The notes under the pieces are model-generated. The model made no database searches and was not told the DNA's origin. It saw only the letters and a list, made by a program, of their open reading frames with translations. From NCBI GenBank assembly GCA_963850125.1, contig CAWKKB010000001.1, positions 101,546 to 165,545 of the forward strand: a DNA stretch of 64,000 nt, written 5' to 3'. This document shows, one piece after another, positions 36,922-49,892 of this stretch (position 1 is its first letter; each line of letters starts with the position of its first letter). The position numbers and the translations under genes were made by a program. This DNA comes from an uncultured delta proteobacterium (GTDB lineage Bacteria > Desulfobacterota > Binatia > Binatales > Binataceae).

Positions 36922-36959
36922 AAAGGGTACCGGGGGTTCGAATTCACTCCTCTCCGCCA
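36922..36959 (+). other. tRNA-Ser-like 3' half remnant (att-like)
   Basis: AAAGGGTACCGGGGGTTCGAATTCACTCCTCTCCGCCA: variable-arm, T-arm and acceptor-like sequence; no 5' half. Confidence 0.7.
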
Positions 36960-37213
36960 GCGAGTCTCAGGTTTGAGGGATTCTGCGGGGAAGTGCGCAA
37001 ACTGCGCGCGTGCAGTGGCGATTCGCACGGGTCATCGGGAACGGAGAGCGCTCAAAGGAGCGCGGTGCCGCGTCGCTTCGATTTTCTCTCTCTGGGCGAG
37101 TAATTCGGTCCCGATGCCTGCGGTTGGCGAAGGCAACTTCAGGGCTGAACCCACCGATGTCGCGAGCGGCGCTAAGGGCGCCTCAAGCTTCCGATGAGAG
37201 AAAGGCGTTGCCA

Positions 37214-37350
37214 ATGAGCATCGCCTTCTGAAGCGTCGCCACGTCCGTTGGGAACCAGAGCGCAAGTGCGAATTTTCTCGGCTACTCAACGTTCAGAACG
37301 GTTCTCTGCGTGCCAGGAGAGCGGAAGCTCGATGCGTCGGGTGAGAGCTT
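37214..37350 (-). repeat. Recombinase 3'-end remnant; direct repeat of 39801-39940
   Basis: Minus strand reads LTRRIELPLSW..., compare ITQRIELPPLW at the end of recombinase copy 2; near-identical to 39801-39940. Confidence 0.8.
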
Positions 37351-37354
37351 CAGA

Positions 37355-37505
37355 AGGTGTGGGACCATTGACTGCTGCCTGTCTGATCGCAGAGCTCGGA
37401 GATCCGGCACGATCGCGAGCTATGTTGGCGTGATCCCTCGCATCCGGCAATCGGGTAAGAAACGCTTCACGAAGGGGCCGGCGATCCCGTTAGGGAACGC
37501 TGACC
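37355..37505 (+). pseudogene. IS110 family transposase fragment
   Basis: GVGPLTAACLIAELGDPAR / IASYVGVIPRIRQSGK...GNA across a frameshift. Confidence 0.7.
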
Positions 37506-37833
37506 GATTTTTTGATGTTCGCCATCGATTCGGTGCTTCAAGATTGGCCGCGAAAACAGCGGGGGTTGTTCGGCTCCTAGTGCTCTCCAGAATGCACCTA
37601 CCAAACTGCATGCAGCGCCGCCACTGCGCGTGCCCGACGGTAAACTCATTTATGCATTGGTCTTTCGCGGATGGCATCGTGGTTGCTCACTGAAGTTCAG
37701 CATTGGCAATAGATGGGAATGACGCCCAACCTTCGGCGCCCAAGCTCATCGTGCGAAAGCTAAGTAAGAGCTTCGGGGCGCGAGTTGCGGCCTACGCCCG
37801 CAGGTGTCGCAATGAGACTGCGCGAAAGGATCG

Positions 37834-39708
37834 TTGATGAATAGAAGAACATTCCTCAAAGCAATCGGAGCATCGGCGTTGTTGCCTATGTTGCCGCATT
37901 CAGTTTCGGCGGCGGCTAACGCAAAGTTCACGCGAGTTCGTCCTTCCGATCCAGCGTGGCCGTCTCAAGCGGCGTGGAAGCAGCTCAGCGAAGCTGTCGG
38001 CGGCAATCTTATTCCCGTCCAGTTTCCTCTCTCGATTCTCAAGACCGATCCGACCAGCGATGCGGCCAAACAGCTGCTGCAGAACATCAAAAACCCCTAC
38101 TACATCGGCGATCAGCCTGGCCTCACGGAGACCTTCGGATGGCTCGATGGGTGGGCCACCAAACCAAGCGTCTACGCGGTCGCGGCCAGAAATGCCCAGG
38201 ATATTGCTGCCGCCGTCAACTTTGCTCGCGACAACAATTTGCGCCTCGCGATCAAGGGAGGAGGTCATAGTTACCAAGGCACCTCGAACGCGCCGGACTC
38301 ACTGCTGATTTGGACGCGCCAAATGCACGATATCGAGATGCATGATGCCTTCGTTCCGCACGGATGCGAACAAGTACTCAAGCCGCAACCGGCCGTGACC
38401 GTGGGCGCCGGAACGATCGGCATGCAGGCTTACCAGGCGGTTACAACCAAGGGCGGGAAATATATTCAAGGCGGCGGATGCACTACGGTGTGCCTCGGCG
38501 GACTGGTTCAAAGCGGCGGCTTCAGCACTTTCTCCAGGCACTATAGCACGGCTGCCGCTAGCTTGCTCGAGGCCGAAGTTGTCACCGCCGACGGCCAGAT
38601 TCGGATCGCCAACGCATGCTCCAATCCCGACCTGTTTTGGGCACTGAAAGGCGGCGGAGGCGGAACCTTCGGCGTCGTCAGCAAGATGACACTTAAGCTG
38701 CACGATCTGCCCGAGTTCTTCGGCACGGCGGTCTTCAACGTCAAAGCGAAGTCCGATGAGGCGTATCGGCGTTTGATTCTCAAGTTTGTCAGCTTCTACC
38801 GCGACCATCTCTTCAACGACATTTGGAGCGAACTGGCTCGCTTCAGGCCTGACAACGTTCTCGAGATCGAGATGCTTGCACACGGATTGGACATCCAACA
38901 GGCAAGGAAAGACTGGGAGCCGTTTCTGGATTGGCTCGATCGCTCGTCTGACTATTCGGTGAAATCCCCGGCAATCGGGAGCATACCTGCGCGGCATTAC
39001 TGGGATGCACAATGGTGGAAAGAACATTGGCCCGAAATTATTTTTCCCCGAAACGGCTGGGTACGCGGGCTGTTTGACGACGTCCTGCTGGAATTGCTCC
39101 CCGAGCCGTCTTTCAATCTAGATGATCGTCCCGGCGCGGGAGCTGACAGTTTTTGGTGGAAGGGCGACGGAGGTCAGGTAGCCTGGTTCCTATGGGGAGC
39201 TGAGTCGCTGTGGTTGCCCGCAACTCTGCTCGAAGAGAGCGCGCAACAGACTCTCGCGGATGCGATGTTTTCGGCATCTCGGCATTCGAGTTTCGAAATA
39301 CAGTTCAGTAAGGGACTCGCCGGAGCGCCGCCGGAGGCGATCGCCGCTGCGCGCGACACCGCGACGAATCCCGCGGTGCTCACCGCCTTTGCCTTGGCGA
39401 TCGTCGGCAGTGCGCAAGGACCGGCATATCCGGGAATTCCCGGTTACGAGCCCTCAGTTGACGCGGGGCGCAAAGGCGCGGCGCGCGTCGCTCAGTGCAT
39501 GAATCAACTTCGTTCACTGGTGCCAAACGGAGGAGCTTACGTGAGCGAGAGCAACTACTTCCAAAAAGATTTCCAGCGAGCGTACTGGGGCGGCAACTAT
39601 GCGCGCCTGGCTGAAATCAAGAAAAAGTACGATCCCGACGGACTATTCATTGTCCACAATGGAGTCGGCTCGGAACAGTGGAGCGCCGATGGTTTCACCA
39701 GGCTCTGA
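37834..39708 (+). CDS. Tat-exported FAD-linked oxidase (berberine-bridge/VAO family)
   Basis: RRTFLK Tat motif; KGGGHSY; GGGCTTV; DLFWALKGGGG; YWGGNYARL..IKKKYDP. Confidence 0.92.
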   Translation: MMNRRTFLKAIGASALLPMLPHSVSAAANAKFTRVRPSDPAWPSQAAWKQLSEAVGGNLIPVQFPLSILKTDPTSDAAKQLLQNIKNPYYIGDQPGLTETFGWLDGWATKPSVYAVAARNAQDIAAAVNFARDNNLRLAIKGGGHSYQGTSNAPDSLLIWTRQMHDIEMHDAFVPHGCEQVLKPQPAVTVGAGTIGMQAYQAVTTKGGKYIQGGGCTTVCLGGLVQSGGFSTFSRHYSTAAASLLEAEVVTADGQIRIANACSNPDLFWALKGGGGGTFGVVSKMTLKLHDLPEFFGTAVFNVKAKSDEAYRRLILKFVSFYRDHLFNDIWSELARFRPDNVLEIEMLAHGLDIQQARKDWEPFLDWLDRSSDYSVKSPAIGSIPARHYWDAQWWKEHWPEIIFPRNGWVRGLFDDVLLELLPEPSFNLDDRPGAGADSFWWKGDGGQVAWFLWGAESLWLPATLLEESAQQTLADAMFSASRHSSFEIQFSKGLAGAPPEAIAAARDTATNPAVLTAFALAIVGSAQGPAYPGIPGYEPSVDAGRKGAARVAQCMNQLRSLVPNGGAYVSESNYFQKDFQRAYWGGNYARLAEIKKKYDPDGLFIVHNGVGSEQWSADGFTRL

Positions 39709-39800
39709 CCAGCCGCCGCCCGAGATAGGCCGTTCATTTGCGGCTGCTGTATAGGGACAATGCCCTCTTGGACGGTAGGCGAGCTAGTCGAGCAAATTGC

Positions 39801-40040
39801 ATGAGCTCGCCTCCTGAAGCGTCGTCACGTCCGTTGGGAACCAGAGGCGCATGTGCGAATTTTTCCCGGCTACTCAACGTTTAGAACGGTTCTCTGCGCG
39901 CACCAGGAGAGCGGAAGCTCGATGCGCCGGGTAAGTACTTCTGCGGTAACCAGGAAAGCCAAGCGGATCAATCGGCCTACGTAGCGGACGTTTAGGTCCT
40001 CGCGCGCAGCGATCACAGCAAGAGATCGTGCCTTGCCGGT
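39801..40040 (-). pseudogene. Large serine recombinase C-terminal remnant plus downstream flank
   Basis: GKARSLAVIAAREDLNVRYVGRLIRLAFL...LTRRIELPLSW aligns with GRAQSIGEIARREHVTGRHVRRVMRLAFL of copy 2. Confidence 0.8.
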
Positions 40041-40140
40041 GCAGATACCCGATGTCGACGAAAACGGCAATCCACATAGCGTTCAACCTGTTACGACGAG
40101 TTTCACATATTCACCTCATGTAGAGTTGACAAGTAGTGTC

Positions 40141-40169
40141 TTGACATTCTTGGATGATTTATGTACTTT
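40141..40169 (+). promoter_or_regulatory. Sigma-70-type promoter for the tad cassette
   Basis: TTGACA-17 bp-TACTTT; a second TTGACA at 40126. Confidence 0.55.
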
Positions 40170-40229
40170 TAGTAGCGAATCGCCCGACCGTAGATGTGAG
40201 TTTTTATCATCGTTGCTTGGGAGGATTCC

Positions 40230-41613
40230 TTGATGAGCCGTTTACGTAGCTATCAGCGTGGTCAAGTCCTGGTGTTGGCGAGGCATAAAAAGTTCGCGGG
40301 CAAACGGAGGTCCGAATCAGGACAGGTTGCGGTGCTGGCCGCGGCTGCGATGGTCATAATGATCGGGTTCGCCGCGCTGGTAGTTGACGTGGGCTTTCTC
40401 TACGCGACACAGCAGAACATGCAGACGGCAGCCGATGCGGCGGCCGTCGCCGGAGCTAACGCGCTATTGAACGGAGCTACATGTGCTGCTGGCGGCTGTC
40501 CGGCCGCCACGGATGTGGCTACGCTGAATGGCTATACCGGCGGTGTGAATGGCGTGACCGTAACGGTGGGACCGCCGGCAACTCCCCCCAACCCGAGCGA
40601 CGGGACCTACGTCCAGGTTGCTGTTTCGGAAGCCGTGCCGACATTTTTTATGAGTGCGCTTGGCTTCCCCACGGTGAAGGTGGCCGCAACGGCGGTTGCC
40701 GGATATGTCGCCACGCCCACCTGCGTGGTTGCATTCGACCCAACTGCGCAGAATGCGCTGGTCGTGAGCGGCTCAGGCAACCTGACGGCGACGAATTGCA
40801 ACATTGCGGTTGACTCTGTCAGCAACAGTGGCCTCGTAGTCAGCGGCAGCGGGGTTGTCGCAGGGTCGGTTGGAGTTGCCGCGAGTAGTGAAAGCCAAGC
40901 GGATGTGGCCTCGTCCCCCCGGGTCGCCAGGCGTTAGCCCCGCTTACGTGACTAATATGGCGAATGTTCCGGATCCGTTGGCCAACCAGGCTCCGCCGGC
41001 GCCCTGCTCCTCAGGCGGAGGTTGCACTGCTACTTGCAATACTCTTACTGCGAGTGGAAAGGGTTTGACGGTTACTTCGAACCAAACTATCAGCGCAGGC
41101 GTGTACTGCGGCGGAATTACCGTGAACAAGCCTGCCACGCTGACGGTTGGCGCCGGTACCTACATTCTGCTCGGTGGGGGCCTCACCGTGCAGGGTGGGG
41201 GTACTATCACTGACAACGGAGCCGGGGTCACCTTTTACAATACGTATCCTACGGGGAGCCCAAACCAATACAGCACCATTAATATAACCGGTGGCAGCAC
41301 GGCGAATCTTAGCGACCCGGTCAGCGGTTCGACCTCGGGGATTCCGGGTATTCTTTTCTTTCAGGACCGGTCGTCCAGTGGTTCCAATCCACACAACCAA
41401 AAGAATGTGATCTCAGCCAGCAACGGGACTCTCTCCGGAGCTTTGTATTTCCCCACCCAGAATCTGGTGTTTTCGGGAAACACCACAGTCAGTATCGCGA
41501 ATGTGAGTCTAATGGCCGATACGATTACCATCAGCGGTGCCGCCGATGTGGGAACCGGTGGGTCACCCTCAGTCGAAACGACCGGAATAGCAACAACCAA
41601 ACTTTATGAATAG
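40230..41613 (+). pseudogene. tadG: TadG-like pilus tip protein, +1 frameshift probably at the C6 run 40915-40920
   Basis: ESGQVAVL..LVVDVG..QTAADAAAVAGA N-terminus; VPDPL..GVYCGG..GILFFQDR..GALYFP C-terminus in the +1 frame. Confidence 0.8.
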
Positions 41614-42121
41614 CAAGCCGTTCCAAACACAAAAACCAAAAGAGCAGAGTTGCTGGTTTTCTGAAAAAGGCCAGAGCGCAGTCGAGTTTGCGTTGATCGT
41701 GCCCGTCTTGGTGCTCACGCTGGTGGTGATTTCAGACTTCGGCAGAATTTTCTTCATCAGCATCGCCGTAAACAATGCTGCTCGCGCGGGGGCGCAATAC
41801 GGATCGCAGACTAACACCACCGCGGCTGATTCGGCCGGCATGCTGTCGGAGGCTTCGACCGATGGCGCTGACATTCCCAATTTTAATACGCCAACCGCGT
41901 CACAGTGCACCTGTGGGACCCCCAACCCACCGACTACTCCGGCGTGCTCTACAATCTCCTCGATTTATTGTGCAGACGCCTCGTCCAATGCGGTGTTCGT
42001 AACCGTCGATACTTCGGCAACCTTTAACACTATCTTGAGTTATCCCGGAGTTCCTTCATCGATGACACTGAAAGGGCAGGCGATAATGCAGGTGCAGGAG
42101 ACCTATCAGAAAAATGAATAA
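41606..42121 (+). CDS. tadE: TadE family pseudopilin
   Basis: GQSAVEFALIVP...NAARAGAQYG. Confidence 0.9.
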   Translation: MNSKPFQTQKPKEQSCWFSEKGQSAVEFALIVPVLVLTLVVISDFGRIFFISIAVNNAARAGAQYGSQTNTTAADSAGMLSEASTDGADIPNFNTPTASQCTCGTPNPPTTPACSTISSIYCADASSNAVFVTVDTSATFNTILSYPGVPSSMTLKGQAIMQVQETYQKNE

Positions 42122-42536
42122 GCGGTTTCCATTGCTGAGTGCGAGACCTTCCGGCCAGGCGCTTCCCGAGTTTGCGCAGGTAGCGATTGTCTTCTTCCTC
42201 TTAGTTTTTGCAATTACGGAGATGGGTGTGGTTGTTTATCAATACGCCACCATTTCGATGGCAGCGCGTGAAGCTACTCGCTACGCGGCTGTCCATAGTA
42301 CTACCAGCGAGAACCCGGCCACCATCGCGCAGATTCAAGCTGTCGCGACAAATTTTGCGCCGTTCCTGAGCGCGGCCGATGTTGCGGTTAGTTTTCCCGC
42401 CGACACGACCCCTCACATTAACAATCAGAACGATGCGCTGGTCACGATCACGTACAACTATACGCAACAAATTCCGTTCATGTCGCCGGTCTCGCTGACC
42501 TTGACCAGCAGCTCCCAGATGCTCGTGTCACAGTAG
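42114..42536 (+). CDS. tadE: TadE family pseudopilin
   Basis: GQALPEFA...AAREATRYA. Confidence 0.88.
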   Translation: MNKRFPLLSARPSGQALPEFAQVAIVFFLLVFAITEMGVVVYQYATISMAAREATRYAAVHSTTSENPATIAQIQAVATNFAPFLSAADVAVSFPADTTPHINNQNDALVTITYNYTQQIPFMSPVSLTLTSSSQMLVSQ

Positions 42537-42607
42537 CGATTCGTTTCACCGGACCGACAGGGACAGAGATCAGTTTCGGCAAAAAAACACAGAAGGAGAA
42601 TAGGAGA

Positions 42608-42778
42608 ATGAATATGATTACAAGAATGGTTGTGAAGGCCCGTGAGTTTCATCACGGCCAAACGATGGCCGAGTACGCATTGATAATGGCGGCGGTCGCG
42701 GTGGTAGTCTTCGTGGGATACCAAACGATGGGTACGACGATCACCACGTTGCTCGGTACTGTTGACACCAGCCTCTAG
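42608..42778 (+). CDS. flp: Flp family type IVb pilin (56 aa, below ORF-track cutoff)
   Basis: MNMITRMVVKAREFHHG/QTMAEYALIMAAVAVVVFVGYQTMGTTITTLLGTVDTSL; AGGAG RBS. Confidence 0.9.
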   Translation: MNMITRMVVKAREFHHGQTMAEYALIMAAVAVVVFVGYQTMGTTITTLLGTVDTSL

Positions 42779-42800
42779 TCGTCATGCGCAACTGCGTGCT

Positions 42801-42836
42801 CTCTTAGCGGGGGGCCTGACCAGCCCCCGCTAGGAG
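42801..42836 (+). terminator. Hairpin after flp
   Basis: CTCTTAGCGGGGG...CCCCCGCTAGGAG. Confidence 0.5.
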
Positions 42837-42970
42837 GGTTCGCCGCCAAGTAGCACGGCGTCTCGTACAGCAGCGTCGCAGCAGCAGATGGATCAGAAAC
42901 GCTACCATCGGCCGCTTCCATTACCATACGGCCACGAGCGCATCATCCCGGATTAGGTTTTCGGGAGGCA

Positions 42971-43004
42971 CAGGTGCCGATGCGCGCATTGCGCATCGGC
43001 ACCT
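42971..43004 (-). terminator. Hairpin after katG
   Basis: AGGTGCCGATGCGC-GCATT-GCGCATCGGCACCT perfect 14-bp stem. Confidence 0.6.
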
Positions 43005-43038
43005 TCGGATAGCCGGTTAAACTCTCTTTCCGCCGAGC

Positions 43039-45847
<2,809 letters not shown>

Positions 45848-46045
45848 TTGCCACTCCTGTCCAATCAACGACTCGGAGCTCGACCAACAACCACGCCCGG
45901 GAAAAACAGCAGATGACGGCTGACAAATCGGATAATCTGCCGGTTCACCTGATATCTGCTCTCACCCGCAACTGACTACTAACGCGTACTGCAAATCATG
46001 TAAGATTGTCAACCCTTCAGGTCTCACGCTCGCCGGGACTAACAA

Positions 46046-46435
46046 CTACCGGATCCGGTAACGGTGAAACTGAAGCAAATACTTCGGCGGCCGGGTGAGG
46101 AGCGTAAAGATGATCGGTACTTCGGGCAATTCTGTCGAGCTGGCGTCGAAGCCGCTCTGGCTGAACTCCTCTGCGTGTTCCTTGTAGTTCTTGCCGACGC
46201 AGAAGACATTGCGCCGTGGAGTTAAGATTGGCGCCAGCAGCCGCACCTCGGAAAGTTTCAGCGCGGGTCCGCGAGAGATGAGATCGACCGACAGTTCGCC
46301 GTAACTCTCGGCCAGATTCGACATGTCGCCGCTGAAGGCGAGCGGTCCGTCGCCCAGCGGCCGTATCAGTCCTTCTGATGGCCAAACCGCGCCGACTTCA
46401 GGAGGGCCTCCACGGCTGAAGGTTGCGAACCGCAC
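46046..46435 (-). pseudogene. Fumarylacetoacetate hydrolase family protein, C-terminally truncated
   Basis: NVFCVGKNYKEHAEE...PIIFT, then similarity stops (no DYEGEL). Confidence 0.8.
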
Positions 46436-46439
46436 CTGA

Positions 46440-48002
46440 CTAGTTCCAACTCCGCTTGACCGCCGGTCGATCCGGATTGATCAGGTCGCTCGAGGTCCAT
46501 CCATTGAGATCGTATTCCGAGAGGCACTTATCGACGAACGCCTTGAGTTCGTCGATACGTCCAGATGCCGTCGACATCGGAATGTTTTCAACCCTGACCG
46601 CCTCGTAGCTGCCCGCGTAGTTGCGCTCATACAGCTCGTGACGGGCGCCGAATTCGGTACCGACCGAATCCCACATAAGCTTCAGCAGTTTAACTCTTTG
46701 CTCTGCCGTATTTCCGCCCGAACCGCGAATATATTTGTCGATCAAGGGCCGCATTTCGGGATTGAAGAAATCCGCGGAACTCGAATTCAGATAGATGAGT
46801 CCGCTACCCATCGCCTGCTGCAGAATTTCCCTGATGCGCGGATACGCGGTCGGCGCCATGACGCGATAGGCGGAGCCCGCTTCCAGATTCGGGAGCATGG
46901 TTCCGTTGACCCATGGTTCAGGCTTTCGAGCCATCGCCTCGGTCAACGACCAGAACAGATGCCGCCACGCGAGCATCTCGCCGATCAGCACCTGGATGTT
47001 CTTCATATCCTTCGAGCCGGTCATTTCGACGCCATGCAGTAGCAATCCGGTCAGAAAGTCGAGCTTGACCGCGAAACGCGTGCAGCCGTGCAGCATGAAT
47101 CGATGGGAAAAACCGGAGCCAGCGTAGAAATTGTTCGCAGCCTCAATGTCGCGATAAACGAACAAGTCCTCCCACGGGATCAGGACCTTGTCGAAGATCA
47201 AGATAGCGTCGTTCTCGTCCATCCGGCTGGACAGGGGATAGTCGAACGGCGAGCCGACCATACTGGAGGTGAGTTCGTACGAAGTGCGGCAGATAAGTTT
47301 CATACCCGGACTGCCCATCGGGATCATCGCGAAGATAGCCATGTCCGGTGAGTTCAGCGGAGTCGGTCCGTAGAAGCCGATGAAGTTGGCGTGGGTCAGG
47401 GCCGAATTGGTAGCGACCACTTTGGCGCCGCTGACGATTACGCCCTTATCGGTCTCTTTTTCCGCGCGTACGTAGACGTCGCGCACCGACTCGGGCGGCG
47501 AACCCTTGTCGACCGGCGGATTCACGATCGCGTGGTTCAGGAAGAGGACCTGTTCCTGCGTGCGCTTATACCACTTCTCCGCGTTGGCCTGGTAAGGTTT
47601 GTAGAACTCGGAATTCGGTCCGAGGGTGCCGGTAAAGCTGGCCTTATAGTCCGGCGATCGGCCCATCCATCCGTATGAAATCTTCGCCCACTGCGCGATC
47701 GCGTCCCGATCGCCCAGGACTTCCTCAGCCGATCGTGGGACCCGGAAAAAACGGTGCGTGAAGCCGCCATTGCCGGTGTCAGTAGGACAGGTGATCACAT
47801 CTTTGGTTGCTGGGTCGTGCAGTGCGTCGTACATCCTAGCAACCATGCGAGCAGTGTTGCGGAACGCCGGATGCACGGTGACGTCTTTGACCCGCTCGCC
47901 ATAGATATATACCTCGCGATCGTCGCGAAGGCTTTCCAGGTACTCCTTACCGGTCATGGGCCGGACGTCTGACTTGACCGCTGCCGCTGGTGATGCGCTC
48001 AA
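46440..48002 (-). CDS. hpaB: 4-hydroxyphenylacetate 3-hydroxylase family flavin monooxygenase, oxygenase component
   Basis: [50 protein letters not shown]. Confidence 0.92.
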   Translation of the reverse strand: MSASPAAAVKSDVRPMTGKEYLESLRDDREVYIYGERVKDVTVHPAFRNTARMVARMYDALHDPATKDVITCPTDTGNGGFTHRFFRVPRSAEEVLGDRDAIAQWAKISYGWMGRSPDYKASFTGTLGPNSEFYKPYQANAEKWYKRTQEQVLFLNHAIVNPPVDKGSPPESVRDVYVRAEKETDKGVIVSGAKVVATNSALTHANFIGFYGPTPLNSPDMAIFAMIPMGSPGMKLICRTSYELTSSMVGSPFDYPLSSRMDENDAILIFDKVLIPWEDLFVYRDIEAANNFYAGSGFSHRFMLHGCTRFAVKLDFLTGLLLHGVEMTGSKDMKNIQVLIGEMLAWRHLFWSLTEAMARKPEPWVNGTMLPNLEAGSAYRVMAPTAYPRIREILQQAMGSGLIYLNSSSADFFNPEMRPLIDKYIRGSGGNTAEQRVKLLKLMWDSVGTEFGARHELYERNYAGSYEAVRVENIPMSTASGRIDELKAFVDKCLSEYDLNGWTSSDLINPDRPAVKRSWN

Positions 48003-48057
48003 TTTCGATCCTCCGATGATTCGAATGCCGCCAGTCCCGATCGAGCAGGTTTTTTCA

Positions 48058-48480
48058 TCAAGCCGCTGCTATGGCTTCGATCTCGACGAGAAATTCCTTC
48101 TCTACCAGTTGGTTCACGACAAGGAGCGTGTTAGGCGGGCATTTTCCGTTTGGATACAGTTCCTCGAACAGTTGGCGGCGGGCGTTCATAAACTTCGGAA
48201 TATTGTCCGCACCCACCAGGTAGGTGTTGAACTTAACCACATTGCCGAAGGTGAGGGATTCCGATTTGAGCGCTTCGGACAGATTCGCAAAGACCTGTCG
48301 CGCCTGCCCGACAAGATCATCGCCGCCAACCAGTGCGCCGTTGCGGTCCACCGCGACCTGTCCCGCGATGAAAACAAATTCCGAGCACCGGACTCTGCTC
48401 ACGTGACTGTAGAGTCCGAGCGGACTCGCCAAGGTTTTAGGGTTGCCGAACTTCACAGTGCTTTCCGGTTGATTCGCCAC
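48058..48480 (-). CDS. RidA family protein
   Basis: [18 protein letters not shown]. Confidence 0.9.
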   Translation of the reverse strand: MANQPESTVKFGNPKTLASPLGLYSHVSRVRCSEFVFIAGQVAVDRNGALVGGDDLVGQARQVFANLSEALKSESLTFGNVVKFNTYLVGADNIPKFMNARRQLFEELYPNGKCPPNTLLVVNQLVEKEFLVEIEAIAAA

Positions 48481-48487
48481 ACCGACC

Positions 48488-49852
48488 TCATACTGCCAGC
48501 CGCCGCTTGCGCGGCATCAACTCGTTGATTCTTTGTTGAGTGTAGACTTCGTTCCACATTTGGTACGAAAATTCCGAGCGCAGGCGCTTCGCATTTGGAT
48601 TGAGCGCCAGCTCTACCTTCTCGCCACCCAGGTAGATGGCCTTCAATCGCGACTTGTCCTGCAGAATCGCGATGTCCTGGAGCGGATCGCCATCGACCAC
48701 GATGAAGTCAGCGAGACGGCCCGCCTGCAACGTTCCGGTTCTTGCGCCATCGCGTAGGAGGCCTGCCTCGGCATTCACCTTGGTGGTGCAGCGCAGCGCT
48801 TCTTCGGGCGAGAAGCCGAGATATCTGACTAAGTGTTCCAGCTCACGAGCGTGCCATTCGCCGTATGGAGTCACGGCAAATCCCGCATCGCTGCCAACCA
48901 TGAACGGAACGCCGGCAGCCTTGGCCTTGGGAAGAACCTTGCAAGCCGATTCCAATTCCCGTTTGTGCGCGTCCGGGAAGTCGGGATAACAGCCATCGGC
49001 CGCTTGCGTGAAATCAATATCGTTCACAACCAGGCTTAGGGTTGGACACAAATGGCAGCCGTTCTTGACTACCCACTCCAATCCTTCCTCATCCATCCAT
49101 GATGCGTGGAAGATGATATCGGCGCCCGCCTTGGCAGCGTAACGGATCGCTTCCGCACCGCGTGCGTGAGTAATGACCTTGCGCCCGAGGCGATGGGCCT
49201 CGGTGATCATCGCGGTGGTCTCCTCCTGGGTGAATCCGGCGCTCAGGCCGGTGGCGGGATTCATTGCGTCGCCGTCCATGGCGATCTTGATAAAGTCGAC
49301 GCCGTCCTTGATCTGGCATCGAATCTCTTCGATACCTTCGGCAGCGTTGCGGACTAGGACGCCGATCGACGTACTCGGCACTCCGACCCAGCGTGGATAC
49401 CAATCCGACAAGCCCTGGCGCCCGGTTATCTGGCGTCCGGACGAGGTTATTCTCGGACCTACGAACAAACCGGCTTCAACCGCGTCGCGAATCGCCGGAG
49501 TGACGAGGCTGGTGGTGGCGGGATCCGCGAGAGAGGTATAACCCGCCATCAGGACTTTCTGCGCCGCTTCCATTCCTCGCAGCGCCCGAAACTCGACGGA
49601 GGCGTAAAGGTCGATGTCTTCTTCAGTCTTCGCGTTTCCGTACGAGAGATGGACGTGGATGTCGATCAAGCCGGGCGTTACGAAGAAGCGCGAGTAGTCG
49701 GTGACAGTGTCGCCCGGTCCCGGCTGCAGGCCGGGGGAGAGTGATCCGGCATGAGTGATCGAGCCTCCTTCAACGACCAGGTACTGGTCTCCCGGGCCGT
49801 TCGCCATGGCGTTGCCGGTAAACAATTTGCCGCATTTTATAAATTGTTTCAC
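48488..49852 (-). CDS. Metal-dependent amidohydrolase (prolidase-like)
   Basis: PGLIDIHVH, DFIK, THA, GSDAG, G.LADFIVVDGDPL. Confidence 0.9.
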   Translation of the reverse strand: MKQFIKCGKLFTGNAMANGPGDQYLVVEGGSITHAGSLSPGLQPGPGDTVTDYSRFFVTPGLIDIHVHLSYGNAKTEEDIDLYASVEFRALRGMEAAQKVLMAGYTSLADPATTSLVTPAIRDAVEAGLFVGPRITSSGRQITGRQGLSDWYPRWVGVPSTSIGVLVRNAAEGIEEIRCQIKDGVDFIKIAMDGDAMNPATGLSAGFTQEETTAMITEAHRLGRKVITHARGAEAIRYAAKAGADIIFHASWMDEEGLEWVVKNGCHLCPTLSLVVNDIDFTQAADGCYPDFPDAHKRELESACKVLPKAKAAGVPFMVGSDAGFAVTPYGEWHARELEHLVRYLGFSPEEALRCTTKVNAEAGLLRDGARTGTLQAGRLADFIVVDGDPLQDIAILQDKSRLKAIYLGGEKVELALNPNAKRLRSEFSYQMWNEVYTQQRINELMPRKRRLAV

Positions 49853-49892
49853 AATTCCCCTCGCTGAAGATCTTTGTAAGACCCAACCTCCC

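Noticed and set aside
36880-36960. Complete tRNA-Ser gene (also considered at 30070-30149)
   Set aside because: Only T-arm and acceptor 3' sequence is present; no complementary 5' acceptor strand, D-arm or anticodon arm found.
45975-46012. Promoter/Fur box upstream of furA
   Set aside because: A perfect TTGACA lies on the minus strand, but there is no convincing -10 at 16-18 bp and no clear palindrome.
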